Positions 10,564 to 21,929 of a stretch of DNA of 64,000 nucleotides are shown in pieces. This stretch comes from an uncultured Planctomycetia bacterium (lineage in GTDB: Bacteria > Planctomycetota > Planctomycetia > Pirellulales > S012-138). The notes beneath the pieces were generated by a model. The model was given only the letters and a program-made list of their open reading frames with translations, had not been told where the DNA came from and searched no databases. The position numbers and the translations under genes are program-made. The stretch's first letter is position 1. Each line of letters opens with the position of its first letter. The DNA lies in the NCBI GenBank assembly GCA_963809785.1, contig CAWEKV010000001.1, positions 3,464,408-3,528,407 on the forward strand. The letters are read 5' to 3'.

Positions 10564-12594
10564 CTAGGGTTCTCCTTTCCAGACCTGCGCCAGGAGGCCG
10601 GGACGATGGAAACGGCGGCGGGTGGCGTCGTCGTCGATCAGCTTCAGGGTGCCCGGGTCGCGATAGGTGACGAACCGCCAGGCCCCTTCGGAACCGTCGA
10701 AGAAGCCCCTCGGGCGTGACGACCAGCCAGTCCTTGCCGGCGTCGAGGCTGTAGAGCCGGCAGCGTTCCTTGCCGGTGGCCGGGTCCCAGAGCCGGGTCG
10801 TGCCGTCCGTGGCGACGGTCCACACGTGCTTGCCGTCGCCGCTCAGGGCCACGCCCGAGACCGCCGCCGGCCTCCTGGAAGGTCTGGAGCTTCTTGGCGC
10901 TGGCCGCCTCCCACAAGTTCACTCCGGCGAGGACGTGCTTGTCGTCGCCGCTCAAGGCCACAGCTCAGGACCACCCCCGGGTAGGTCTGGAGTTTCTTGC
11001 CGCTGGCCGCGTCCCACAGGATCGCCGTCGCGTCATAGGACCCGGTGAGGACGTGCTTGCCGTCGCCGCTAAAGGCCACGCACGTGACCACGGACTTGTG
11101 CCCCTCGAAGGTCTGGAGTTTCTTGCCGCTGGCCGCCTCCCACAGGATCGCTGTGTTGTCAGCGGACCCGGTGAGGACGTGCTTGCCGTCGCCGCTCAGG
11201 GCCACGCCCCGGATGAGATTGGTGTGTCCCGCGAAGGTCTGGAGTTTCTTGCCGCTGGCCGCGTCCCACAGGCTCGCTGTCTTGTCCCACGACCCGGTGA
11301 CGACGCGCTTGCCGTCGCCGCTCAGGGCCACGCACTCGAGCTCGGTTGTCCCTGGAAGGTCTGGAGCTTCTTGCCGCTGGCCGCGTCCCACAGGATCGCC
11401 GTCTTGTCGTGTGCCCCGGTGAGGACGAGCTTGCCGTCGCGCGACAGGGTCACGCACCGGACCCGGCTGGTGTGCCCGTGGAAGTGCTGGACTTTCTTGC
11501 CGCCGGCCGCGTCCCAGAGCATCGCCGAGCTGTCCCTGGACGCGATGACGACGCGCTTGCCGTCGCCGCTCAGGGCCACGCCCGAGACCCAGGCGGTGTG
11601 CCCCTGGAAGGTCTGGAGTTTCTTGCCCGTGGCCGCCTCCCACAGGATCGCGGTGTGGTCCGATGCCTCAGAAAACTCCCCGGTGAGGACGTGCTTGCCG
11701 TCGCCGCTCAGGGCCACGCCCGCGATCTCGCCGGTGTGCCCCCGGAAGGTGCTGGAGTTTCTTGCCGCTGGCCGCGTCCCACACGATCGCCGTCTGGTCA
11801 TAGGACCCGGTGACGACGTGCTTGCCGTCGCCGCTCAGGGCCACGCATGATGATCCCGCGGTTCTCCTGGAAGGTCTGGAGTTTCTTGCCGCCGGCCGCC
11901 TCCCACAGGATCGCCGTCTTGTCTGTTGACGCGGTGACGACGTGCTTGCCGTCGCCGCTCAGGGCCACGCCCGTGACCGTGTCGGTGTGCCCCTGGAAGG
12001 TCTGGAGTCTCTTGCCTCCGGCCGCCTCCCACAGGACGGCCGTCTTGTCGGCGGACCCGGTGACGACGTGCTTGCCGTCGCCGCTCAGGGCCACGCTCGT
12101 GACCCAGTTGCCGTGCCCCTGGAAGGTCTGCAGTTTCTTGCCGCTGGCCGCGTCCCACAGGATCGCCGTCTGGTCCTTTGACCCGGTGAGGACGTGTTTG
12201 CCGTCGCCGCTCAGGGCCACGCTCGTGATCGCGGCGGTGTGCCCCTCGAAGGTTTGGAGTTTCTTGCCGCTGGCCGCCTCCCACAGGATCGCCGTCTTGT
12301 CATTGGAACCGGTGACGACGAGCTTGCCGTCGCCGCTCAGGGCGACGCTCGTGACCCAGGGTGGGTGCGCTGGAAGGTCTGAAGCTTCTTGCCGCTGGCC
12401 GCCTCCCACAGGATCGCCGTCGCGTCATGGCCCCCAGTGACGACGTGCTTGCCGTCGCCGCTCAGGGCCACACTGGTGATCCCGTTGGTGTGGCCCAACT
12501 GGAGAAACAACTCGGGTTGGGGCTCTTGCGCGGGGGCGAGGCCCTGCAAGCAGACGAGGACCAGGATGGACAGCCAGTGAGGGACGAATCGCAT
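10564..12594 (-). pseudogene. Secreted WD40 repeat protein (~14-15 near-identical blades); frame broken repeatedly
   Basis: Signal peptide MRFVPHWLSILVLVCLQGLAPAQ. Then many copies of GH...(V/I)T(S/G)VALSGDGKHV(V/L)TGS.D.TAILW(E/D)AASGKKLQTF(Q/E), read from minus ORFs 12337-, 11798-, 11322-, 10843-, 10644- and 9929-10852. C-terminal tail ..DAGKDWLVVTPEGFFDGSEGAWRFVTYRDPGTLKLIDDD..LLAQVWKGEP*, with the stop at 10564-10566. Confidence 0.8.
10850..12480. repeat. 126-bp tandem repeat array (coding; one WD40 blade per unit)
   Basis: Strings such as gtgcttgccgtcgccgctcagggccacgc and gaaggtctggagtttcttgccgctggccgc recur with a ~126-nt period across the whole interval. Confidence 0.85.
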
Positions 12595-13164
12595 AGCTCC
12601 CTCGAGATTGCAGGTGTGAGACCGTGCCACGACAGAGTTTGGGCGCCGCCGGATTTACTTCCTCAACAGACCGTCCGCTGCACAACTGGCTGGCGGGACG
12701 GCACGGCCAGGTGGGGCAATCTCAAAGGAGACGCCCAGCGGACAGGGCTTGATCAGATAATAATTCTGCCGATCTTCGTTGCGGTATGGGTTCAACAGCG
12801 GGCCGACGTACTCGCCCAAGGCCACCACGTCGAAGCGGGTGAACGCCTACTAGTGCCGCCGCTCCACTTTTTTTCACTTCGCTCAGGAACATGGTTCTAA
12901 TCACTCCTTCCGCTGGCACAGCCACCTCGGCGATCATTTATGCGTCCTTCGTCCGCGAAGATCAAGCCTCTCCACCAGTTCGCGGTCTTCCCTTTTTTCC
13001 CTGGCACCTCCGCACGGCCAAGATGGCCGCGCCACGGAAACGAAGGACACTACTCCGCAACGTCGTCCGGTGCGGCGCTGGTTGCTGCTTGGTAGATTGG
13101 AACGCGAAAGCGCCGCCGTGACCGCGAGAGTTTTCGGTTCTCCTTGATTGGCTATTGACACACT

Positions 13165-14325
13165 ATGTCGCCCGCGCCTTCTTCGCCGCCGCGCATCGTT
13201 TCGCTCGATCAGTTCCGCGGCTACACGGTGCTGGGCATGTTCTTTGTCAACTTCGCCGGCCACTTCCAGGCGGTCCCGGCACTCTTCAAGCATCACAACA
13301 CGTACTGCAGCTATGCCGATACGATCATGCCCCAGTTTTTCTTCGCCGTGGGGTTTGCCTATCGGCTGACGTTGCTCAAGCGACTGGCCGACGGGGCCTG
13401 GGGGTCGGCGTATCTGACCGTGGTGCGCCGCAGCCTCGGCCTGATCTTGATCGGGGCGGTGATCTACCATCTCGATGGGGGCGGCAAGACCTGGGCAGAA
13501 ATCGTGGCGCTCGGTCCGTCGGGCTTTCTGCAAAATGCCTTTCAGCGAAGCGTGTTCCAGGCGCTGGTGCACATCGGCATTACCAGCCTGTGGGTGATGC
13601 CGGTCATGGCGAGCCGGCCGTCTGTGCGTCTGGGGTTCGCCGCTGGCTCGGGCCTGTTGCACGTGGCCTTGTCACATTGGTTCTACTACGACTGGGTGAT
13701 GACGCGGCCGGGCATCGACGGTGGTCCGCTCGGGTTTCTCACCTGGACGGTGCCGCTCCTGGCCGGGTCGCTGGCGTACGACGTGGTGGCCGCCAGCCGC
13801 GACTGGCAGCCAGTCGCCAAGCTCGCGGCATGGGGCTGTCTGTTGATGGCGCTGGGCTACGCACTGGCCTGTCTAAACCTGTTCGCGCCAGCGAGCGCCG
13901 TCACGATCGGGCCTCGGCCCGCGGCCGTCAGTGGTCAGTCGTCGCCGCTCGATGAGGGCTCCTCTGCGTATTTCGTCGAGCCTCCCTTCGTGCCTCCGTC
14001 GCGGCCGATCAACTATTGGACCATGAGCCAGCGGGCCGGCAGCCTCTCGTATCTGGTCTTTGGCGCCGGTTTCTCGCTCGCCGTCTACGCGCTCTTTGTA
14101 TGGGCCTGCGATCGACACCGCCTGCGACTGGGCATTTTCACCACGCTGGGCACCAATGCGCTGGCCGGCTACATCATCCACGGCCTGGTCGATGACGCTT
14201 TGAAGCCGTACACGCCCAAGGACTCGCCCGGGTGGTTTGTCGTCCTGGCGGTGGTGGTGTTTCTGGGCATTTGTTACCTTTTCATTCGCTACCTCGAGAA
14301 GAACAAGATCTCCTTGCGGCTGTAG
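13165..14325 (+). CDS. Polytopic membrane acyltransferase, heparan-alpha-glucosaminide N-acetyltransferase-like (DUF5009/DUF1624 type)
   Basis: Intact 386-aa ORF. N-terminus [51 protein letters not shown] is the signature start of this family. About 10 hydrophobic segments. Confidence 0.7.
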   Translation: MSPAPSSPPRIVSLDQFRGYTVLGMFFVNFAGHFQAVPALFKHHNTYCSYADTIMPQFFFAVGFAYRLTLLKRLADGAWGSAYLTVVRRSLGLILIGAVIYHLDGGGKTWAEIVALGPSGFLQNAFQRSVFQALVHIGITSLWVMPVMASRPSVRLGFAAGSGLLHVALSHWFYYDWVMTRPGIDGGPLGFLTWTVPLLAGSLAYDVVAASRDWQPVAKLAAWGCLLMALGYALACLNLFAPASAVTIGPRPAAVSGQSSPLDEGSSAYFVEPPFVPPSRPINYWTMSQRAGSLSYLVFGAGFSLAVYALFVWACDRHRLRLGIFTTLGTNALAGYIIHGLVDDALKPYTPKDSPGWFVVLAVVVFLGICYLFIRYLEKNKISLRL

Positions 14326-14347
14326 GCTTCGCACTCGGAGTACGCCC

Positions 14348-15715
14348 ATGAACGGTGAGCCGTCGCGCCGACCGTCGATCAATCGACGCGGGTTTCTGGA
14401 ACAAGCGTCCGCGGGCGCCGTGGCGCTATCGCTGCTGAGCGGGGAGATCTCTGCACAGAAGCCCCCGGGCAAGGCGCCCTCGTCGCTGGCGGTGCTGGGG
14501 GGCAAGCCGGTCCGCACCGCCCCGTTCCCCGCTTGGCCCGTCGTGGAGCGCAATGACCTGGACGCCTGGACGAAGGTGCTCAAGGAAGGCCATTGGTGCC
14601 GAACGGACGGGCAATACGCGAATCAATTCGAGAAGGCCTATGCCGAGCTCACCGGAACAAAGCACTGCCTGGCGACCGCGAACGGGACCAGCGCGCTCTA
14701 CACGGCGCTGAATGCTCTGGGTATCGGACCGGGGGACGAAGTGATCGTGCCGCCATACACCTTCGTGGCGACGGTCAACGTGGTGCTGCTGCTGCACGCG
14801 TTGCCGGTGTTTGTCGATACCGACCGCGAGACCTTTCAGATCGACGCCAAGAAAATCGAAGCGGCGATTACCCCCCGCACGCGCTGCATCATGCCGGTCC
14901 ACCTGGGCGGCAACGCGGCGGACCTTGACGCGATCCTGGCAATCGCCAAGAAACACTCGATTCCGGTGGTCGAAGATGCCTGCCAGGCTCACTTGGGCCA
15001 GTGGCGCGGCCGCAAGCTGGGGGCGTGGGGCCAGTGCGGGTGCTTCAGCTTCCAAGCCTCGAAAAACCTCAACTCGGGTGAAGGGGGCGCGATCATTTCC
15101 GATGACGCCCCGTTCATCGAGCGCTGCTTCGCCTTCCATAACAACGGCCGGGCGAGGCGCGGCAGCTCTTTCAGCTACGCCCACGGTGGCGCGAACCTGC
15201 GGATGACCGAATTCCAGGCTGCCCTGCTGCTTCAGCAGATGACGCGAGTCGGCGAGCAGTCGCGCATCCGCGACGAAAACGCCAGGTACCTCACCAGGCT
15301 GCTCGCGGAGGTCCCCGGCATCTCGCCCGCCAGGCAATACGATGGCTGCACCCGTAACGCCTACCACCTCTACATGTTTCGCTTCGACAACGCGCGCTTC
15401 GCTGGCGTGGGCCACGAAGCGTTCCTCAAGGCGCTGCGCGCGGAAGGCATTCCCTGCTCCGGCGGCTACACGCCGCTCAACAAGGAGCCGTTCTTGAAAG
15501 AGGTCCTCGGCTCCAGGGCTTACAAGCTGATCTGCGGTGAAGAGCGCCTCGCGGCCTGGTGGCAAGCCAACCAATGCCCGCAGAACGATCGCCTTTGCCA
15601 AGAGGCGGTCTGGCTGACGCAAAACATGTTGCTGGGCACTCACACCGACATGGACCAGATCGCCGCGGCGGTCCGCAAGATCCACGATCAGGCCGAGTCG
15701 TTGGCGAAAGCCTGA
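14348..15715 (+). CDS. DegT/DnrJ/EryC1/StrS-family PLP aminotransferase carrying a twin-arginine signal peptide
   Basis: From ATG 14348: [32 protein letters not shown] (S-x-RR-x-FL-type Tat motif). Then [28 protein letters not shown].. and the PLP-lysine region [19 protein letters not shown]. Confidence 0.8.
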   Translation: MNGEPSRRPSINRRGFLEQASAGAVALSLLSGEISAQKPPGKAPSSLAVLGGKPVRTAPFPAWPVVERNDLDAWTKVLKEGHWCRTDGQYANQFEKAYAELTGTKHCLATANGTSALYTALNALGIGPGDEVIVPPYTFVATVNVVLLLHALPVFVDTDRETFQIDAKKIEAAITPRTRCIMPVHLGGNAADLDAILAIAKKHSIPVVEDACQAHLGQWRGRKLGAWGQCGCFSFQASKNLNSGEGGAIISDDAPFIERCFAFHNNGRARRGSSFSYAHGGANLRMTEFQAALLLQQMTRVGEQSRIRDENARYLTRLLAEVPGISPARQYDGCTRNAYHLYMFRFDNARFAGVGHEAFLKALRAEGIPCSGGYTPLNKEPFLKEVLGSRAYKLICGEERLAAWWQANQCPQNDRLCQEAVWLTQNMLLGTHTDMDQIAAAVRKIHDQAESLAKA

Positions 15716-15865
15716 TGGGACACGTCAATGCAAGCTGCATGCCCTGATGGTTCTGCCATTTGCCGCCTGCCCCAAGTGAGCGACGCGATGAGCTGTCCCG
15801 CGCTCCGTGTCACTTCCGCGAGTCTCGCACCAAGCTTTGTTGAAATACGCTGGGCGGCCGCACGA

Positions 15866-15930
15866 GCCCGACGCGCAAGCGAGGGAGGAGCGAGGACAGA
15901 CGGCGATCCTCCCTCGCTTGCGCGGCGGGC
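15866..15930. repeat. GC-rich palindrome, family gcccgacgcgcaagcgagggagg / cctccctcgcttgcgcg.cgggc
   Basis: 23-nt arms (15866-15888 and 15908-15930). The same core recurs at 29722-29813, and half of it at 35802-35848. Confidence 0.85.
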
Positions 15931-15934
15931 TAGT

Positions 15935-18067
15935 GTGGTTCTTCGACAGAGCCTGGTCCTGATCCTGCTGGGAGCAGCCACTGCGCACGCTGATCCGGGG
16001 GTCGTGGATTTCAGCGGGGACATTGGTCCGCTCCTGACCGAGAAATGCGCGAGCTGCCACGGCCCGAAGAAGCGGGAAGGTGGTTTGCGACTCGATGTGC
16101 GCGGCGCCGCGATGGAGGGGGGTGACTCCGGGCCGGTCATCGTGCCTGGCTCAGCCCCGAAGAGCGAGCTGGTTCGCCGGCTCACTTCCGAGGATCGCGA
16201 GAAACGAATGCCGCTGGGTGGCAAACCCCTGGAACGCGAGGAAGTTCTTCGAATCCGCCACTGGATCGACCAGGGCGCCAAGTGGCCCGATACGCCGGAG
16301 GGAACGCAAGACCCGAGCGACCATTGGGCCTTCCGCCCCATCCGCCGCCCGGCGCTGCCGCGAATCGCCAACCCGGCCTGGCCCCGCAATGCAATCGACC
16401 ATTTCGTCCTGGCCAGGCTGGAACGAGCCGGGGTCAGCGCGTCGGTGGAAGCCGATCGCCTGGCGCTGGTCCGCCGGCTGAGCCTCGATCTGACCGGCCT
16501 GCCGCCGGCACCGGATGAGATGCGGTCCGCGCTTCGCGATCAGTCGCCGAACTGGTACGAGAAGGTCATCGATCGGCTGCTGGCCAGTCCGCACTTCGGC
16601 GAGCGCTGGGGCCGGCACTGGCTCGACCTGGCCCGCTTCGCCGAGAGCGACGGCTACGAGAACGACAACCTCCGCCCCGACGCCTGGCGCTTTCGCGACT
16701 GGGTCATCGACGCCCTCAACCGCGACCTGCCCTTCGACCAGTTCACGATCGAGCAGCTGGCCGGCGACCTGCTGCCCGAGAGGCGATCGCACGCGGCTGA
16801 CCGAGCTGAGCAACGCGTCGCCACGGGCTTCCACCGCAACACGCTCTGCAACACCGCCGCGTCGGGCGACAAGGAGGAGTTCCGCACCTACGCCGTCAAG
16901 GACCGCACCGACACCACCGGCCTGGTCTGGCTGGGCCTGACGCTCGGCTGCGCCAAGTGCCACTCCCACAAGTACGACCCGATCTCGCAGCGCGAGTACT
17001 ACCAGCTCTACGCCTTCTTCAACAACACCGACCACGACGACGTGGCCGTCGCCGGCGGCAAGGCCATGACGCTCAAGGCGGCCGCCCGCCCGACGCACGT
17101 CCACCTCCGCGGCAACTTCCTGCAGCAAGGGCGAAGCGGTGGCGCCCGGCGACGCCCGGCTTCCTGCCGCCGCTTGCAGCCGCGCGGCAAGGACGCCCGA
17201 CCGGCTCGACCTGGCCCGCTGGCTCGTCGATCCCGCACACCCGCTCACGGCGCGCGTGGCCGTCAACCACGTCTGGCAGCACCTGTTCGGCCAGGGCCTC
17301 GTGCCGACGCCCGAGAACTTCGGCCCCAGCGGCGCAGCCGCCCAGCCATCCCGAGCTGCTCGACTGGCTGGCCGCCGAGTTCGTGCGCCTCGGCTGGAGC
17401 CGGAAGGCGCTGATCCGCACCATCGTCTCGTCGGCGACCTACCGCCAGTCGTCGCGACATCGAGCCGACGTGGCGGCGCCGATCCGGACAACGCGCTGCT
17501 TGGCGCGGCAGAACCGGTTCCGCGTCGAGGCCGAGATCGTCCGCGACCTGGCCCTGGCGGCCAGCGGCCTGCTCGACGCTCGCCTCGGCGGGCCGTCGAT
17601 CGTGCCGCCCTTTCCCCGCGAGCTGCCGACCGGCAGTTCACCGGCCGAGTCGCTGAAGACGCCGACGGCGGACCGCCACCGCCGCGGCCTCTACATCCAC
17701 GTGCAGCGCACGCTGTCGCACCCGATGCTCTCGGCCTTCGACGCGGCCGACGGCAACCAGCCGTGCCCGCAGCGCGACCGCAGCGTCACGCCCGATGCAG
17801 GCCCTGACGCTGCTCAACGACCCGATCTTCGTCGAGTGTGCCCGGGCGCTGGGCGAAGCGCATGCGGCCGCGGCCGCCCGACGCGGACCGCCGGCTGGAA
17901 CTTGGCTTTCAGCTGTGCCTGGGCCGGCTGCCCGACGGACGCGGAGCAGGCCGTGCTGACCGAGCTGGTCGCAGAACCAGAAGCGGCTCGGCGCCGCAGA
18001 AGCAGTGGTCTGGGCCGGCGTGGCCCGGACGCTGCTGAACCTGGAAGCGTTCACCACGCGGGAGTGA
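15935..18067 (+). pseudogene. PSCyt1 + DUF1549 + DUF1553 (PSD) family protein; several frame changes
   Basis: Putative GTG start, then VVLRQSLVLILLGAATAHA (signal). LLTEKCASCHGPKKREGGLRLD (planctomycete cytochrome c motif). DUF1549: IDHFVLARLE..LSLDLTGLPP..RWGRHWLDLARFAESDGYE. DUF1553: LGCAKCHSHKYDPISQREYYQLYAFFNN. The rest is read from ORFs 17139- and 16957-18504, ending ..LNLEAFTTRE*. The start is uncertain (ATG alternatives at 15728 and 15788). Confidence 0.8.
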
Positions 18068-18072
18068 TCGCC

Positions 18073-19494
18073 ATGCGATCGCATCGACACGGCAGCCGAC
18101 GCCGCCGCGACTTCTTCACCAGCTCCGCCAGCGGCCTGGGCCTCGCCGCGCTGGCCTCGCTGCTGCACGACGACGGCCTGCTGGCGGCCGAGTCGCCGCC
18201 GCCGGCGACCCGCTGCGGCCGCGGCCCGCCGCACTTCCGGCCCCGCGCCCAGAGCTGCATCTTCATCTTCCTGATCGGCGGCACCAGCCAGATCGATCTG
18301 TTCGACCCCAAGCCGGAGCTTGAAGAAGCTCGACGGCCAGCCGATCCCCGAGTCGTTCCGCCAGGGCGTCCGCCTCGGGCAGACCAACTGGAAGCACCCG
18401 CTGATGGCGCTGCCGGTTCGGCTTCCGCCGCTACGGCCAGTGCGGCATGGAGCTGTCGGAGCTGCTGCCGCACATCGGCTCGTGCGCCGACGACATCGCC
18501 CTGATCCGCTCGATGCACCACGAGGCGTTCGACCACGCCCCCGGCGAGCTGATGACCTGCACCGGCAAGGACATGCCCGGCCGGCCGAGCATCGGCTCCT
18601 GGCTGACCTACGGCCTGGGCAGCGAGTCGCAGAACCTGCCCGGCTACGTCGTGCTGCTCAACGGCCGGTCGCCCAAGGCCCGCGAGACTGGTCTGGGGCA
18701 ACGGCTTCCTGCCGGCGACGCACCAGGGCGTGCTGTTCCGCACGGAAGGCTCGCCGATCCTGAACCTGGCCAACCCGCGGCGACGTCCCGCCGAGCCTGC
18801 ACCGCGCCCAGCTCGACGCCATCGGCAAGCTCAACCGCCTGCAGCAGGAGCGGACGCACGACCCGGCGCGTCGCCGCCCGGATCGCCGCCTACGAGCTGG
18901 CCTTCCGCATGCAGTCGGCCGCGCCGGAGCTGATCGACCTGACGCGGCGAGACGCGGCGCACGCTCGGACACCTACGGCGACGGCGCCTTCGCCCGCAGC
19001 CTGCTGCTGGCGCGGCGGCTGGTCGAGCGCGGCGTGCGCTTCGTCACCGTCACGCACCACGAGTGGGACCACCACGACAACATCGGCGACGAGCTGCCGC
19101 GGGCCTGCCAGCAGGTCGACCAGCCGATCGCCGCCCTGCTGAAGGACCTGAAGCAGCGCGGCCTGCTCGACTCGACGCTGGTCGTGTGCGGCACGGAGTT
19201 CGGCCGGACGGCGATCACGCAGGGCAGCGGACCCGAAGCCGGGCCGCGACCATCACCCGCACGCCTTCAGCGTGTGGCTGGCCGGCGGCGGCGTGAAGGG
19301 CGGCCAGGTCATCGGCAAGACCGACGAGCTGGGCTGGCGAGCCGTCGAGGACGCCGGTCCACCTGAACGACTTCCACGCCACGCTGCTGCACCTGTTCGG
19401 CCTCGACCACAAGCGGCTGACGTTCCGCCACCAGGGGCTCGACTTGCGGCTGACCGACGTGGCGGGCAAGGTGGTGGACAAGTTGCTGGCATGA
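18073..19494 (+). pseudogene. DUF1501 family protein (partner of the preceding PSD gene); several frame changes
   Basis: MRSHRHGSRRRRDFFTSSASGLGLAALASLL (Tat-type), CIFIFLIGGTSQIDLFDPKPEL, then SMHHEAFDHAPGELMTCTG (ORF 18447-), [12 protein letters not shown], ..[11 protein letters not shown] (ORF 19034-) and a C-terminus ..[30 protein letters not shown]. It starts 6 nt after the PSD stop. Confidence 0.8.
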
Positions 19495-19503
19495 TGAAGA
19501 AAC

Positions 19504-20490
19504 TCATTGGACCTTCACGTGCCAGCGCTTCTGATCGGCCGTTCTTTCCTTCATCAGGGGCCGAAGAATCTGGGCAAAGGGAACTAGACGAACGAATTCC
19601 TCCCGGAGTCGCGTATCCCGCCACGGCTCGGCCATTTCCACGGTATCGACGGAATAAGTCGCGCCCACTCTTCCGCCCGCCTGGAAGAAACTCGGTGCGA
19701 TGCCGCCCACCTGAGCGGGGACGCCTGGCCGCGTTCGGAAATCGTAGAACAGGATTGTGTCGCCCGGTCCCAGGCCGGCAAGGATCACATGCGCGCCCCG
19801 ATAGCCCTTGAATCTTGTGATGTTCGTTTCGGAAGGCTCCTTGTAAACACGATAGCTCTCCAGGCGGAAGCTGCGCATGCCATAAAGGATCTCGTACCCG
19901 CCGCGCGACTTGATCCTCTTCTTCAGCGCGGCTTCATCGAGGAAAGCCACGGCATCGTTCGCGGCCACCGCGGCAGCATGGCTTGCCCGCTCGAATCTCT
20001 GCGCGCTTTCCACCAGGCTTCCTTCTCCGCGCCGGTGACTTCAACCACCGATTCCAAGTTCTCCGAACCGTAGATCAACTCCTCGAAGGCCTTGGCAATC
20101 GCCAGCCCTGCGTGTCGGGATCTTCAACAGCCATTTCCCCCTTCTCTCCCACGAACTGCGGAAGCACCGCCGGCGATGCCCCGCCAGCGCTGGCGCAAAT
20201 AGAGGTGAGCCAAATAGCGAACGTACTCCGACGGCCCCACCGGCTTGTCGGTCTTCGCAGCAACCAGGTAGGAATTGGGCTCCGTCGCGTGCATTGCCTC
20301 GGCAAAGTTTTTCAGGCACTGAACCGAGCAAGGACCGGTTTTCAAACCTTTGAAGAGCCTGCCGTCAGGCACGGTTCCGCCAGGCATGAAATTCCCCTGC
20401 GGCTTGGGCGCACTCCTGTCTGGGCATTTCGCCCAGAGCGACCGTTGCGAGGACTAAGAGTGCCAGGGAGAGCGGGGACCATCGTCTCAT
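19504..20490 (-). pseudogene. Hypothetical secreted protein; coding signal spread over three frames
   Basis: ATG 20490: MRRWSPLSLALLVLATVALG (signal). Continues through minus ORFs 20124-20387 and 20041-20331 into 19504-20013 (..GYEILYGMRSFRLESYRVYKEP..). I recognise no family. Confidence 0.45.
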
Positions 20491-20709
20491 CCTTTCTCCT
20501 TTATCTCGCAAACGACGAGCAGTGTGCCATTTCGACGATCTGCTTCGTGGCTCCTAGAGCAAGCGGCGTGCCAACGAGACCTTGCCGGTCTATCTCTCGG
20601 CGCGTGTTGGTCCCTGACCAGGCTCGGCTGGCCCAAGCCGAGGGTGAACGAGCCGTAGGGCCGTTGCCGGCAAGAGGTTGCCGTGCATAGCCTCGCCGTA
20701 ACCTCGCCG

Positions 20710-20952
20710 CTACGGCGACACGGAAAAGGTGCGCTCGATCCGGCTCACGTTGCGGTCGTGATCGGCAATCTGGACGGACAATTTGCCACGCTCCAGTGAG
20801 CGGATCGGCTGCTTCAGCCGCCATTCCCAGACGCCACGCGAGGTCTCTCGGAATTGTGGGGCCAATTCGCGGAAAGTATCGATGCCGTCGAGCCTGAAAT
20901 CAGCCAGCACGCTGAAGCTCGACTTGTCCAGTCCGCTGCCCCGATCCGCCAT
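20710..20952 (-). CDS. Small hypothetical protein (80 aa), possibly a C-terminal domain remnant
   Basis: The ORF sits 16 nt downstream of the IMPase-family stop, on the same strand. The sequence ..SGLDKSSFSVLADF..GVWEWRLKQPI..GKLSVQIADHDRNVSRIERTFSV looks like a beta-sandwich tail. No signal peptide. Confidence 0.35.
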   Translation of the reverse strand: MADRGSGLDKSSFSVLADFRLDGIDTFRELAPQFRETSRGVWEWRLKQPIRSLERGKLSVQIADHDRNVSRIERTFSVSP

Positions 20953-20967
20953 GCGTGCATGCAGTCC

Positions 20968-21756
20968 CTATCTCCTCGTCATGCCCAGCACCTCGTCGGC
21001 CACCTTGCCGTTCGTGGCCACGGCGTTGCCCGTGTAGATGCTCGCTTCACCCTGCCAGTCGGTGAAGGTGCCGCCGGCCTCCTCCAAGATCGGCTGCAAG
21101 GCGGCGGCATCCCAGACGTGCATTCGCGGATCGACCATCGCCTCCGCCCGACCCGTGGCCACCAGCAGGTAGCCGTAGCAATCGCCCCAGGTGCGGGTTA
21201 TCCAGGCTGCGGCCGAGAGCTGTGTCAGCAGGTCCCAGCGGCCGACGACGGCATAGCCCTCCAGCTCTGAGATCAAGAGCAGCCCCTCGCTCAGGGGGGC
21301 GACGTTGGAAACGGCGGCGCGGCGCGGCGGCTCAGCCCCGCAGCGATACCAGGCACCTTGTCCCGCGGCGGCGTAGACGCATTCCTCCAGGGCCGGCACG
21401 TTGATCACACCCACCACCGACCGTCGATCGTGCTCCACTCCAATCAACTGGCCGTAAAGCGGCACGCCATAGATGAACGACTTTGTGCCGTCAATCGGGT
21501 CGAGAATCCAGCGATAGCCCGACGTGCCAGGCTGCTCGCCGAACTCCTCCCCCAAGATGCCGTCGTCGGGGAAGACAGCGGCGATGCGGCCTCGGAGGTG
21601 CTGCTCGGCCTCCTGGTCGGCCACGGTGACGGGCGAGTTGTCAGCCTTGCGCTCAACCCGGAAGTTGTCGCGGCGAAAGTAGCGCAGAGTGATCTCGCCG
21701 GCCTCGCGTGCCGCGGCCAGCGCCAAATCCAAACGGGCGGTCAGGTCGTCACTCAT
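20968..21756 (-). CDS. Inositol monophosphatase family protein (SuhB / histidinol-phosphatase HisN-like)
   Basis: Intact 262-aa ORF with the family motifs DGILGEEFG, WILDPIDGTKSFIYG and WDAAALQPILEEAGG. Confidence 0.85.
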   Translation of the reverse strand: MSDDLTARLDLALAAAREAGEITLRYFRRDNFRVERKADNSPVTVADQEAEQHLRGRIAAVFPDDGILGEEFGEQPGTSGYRWILDPIDGTKSFIYGVPLYGQLIGVEHDRRSVVGVINVPALEECVYAAAGQGAWYRCGAEPPRRAAVSNVAPLSEGLLLISELEGYAVVGRWDLLTQLSAAAWITRTWGDCYGYLLVATGRAEAMVDPRMHVWDAAALQPILEEAGGTFTDWQGEASIYTGNAVATNGKVADEVLGMTRR

Positions 21757-21929
21757 GACGCTAAGTCTACTGCCGGTTTGCCTGACGCGTACCGGGTTGC
21801 CAGGCTTTTTTCCGCTTCGGCGTGCAAGATCGCCGGACGGGTGGTAACTTACACGTGCCGATTGATGCCGGGTTTCTTGTCCCGTGCTGAGAAGTGTTTC
21901 GTAATTCCCTGCTTTTGAGGGAGGATTTC

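Noticed and set aside
12655-12892. Small minus-strand coding signal. MFLSEVKK.. starts at 12892. A different frame gives ..FTRFDVVALGEYVGPLLNPYRNEDRQNYYLIKPCPLGVSFEIAPP..LLRK* and ends at 12655.
   Set aside because: The codon pattern of the second frame looks genuinely coding, but it is preceded by tandem TAG TAG stops. It can only be joined to the ATG by an indel near the T8 run at 12868-12875. I could not assign a family. It is probably a gene remnant or a frameshifted small gene, too uncertain to list as a feature.
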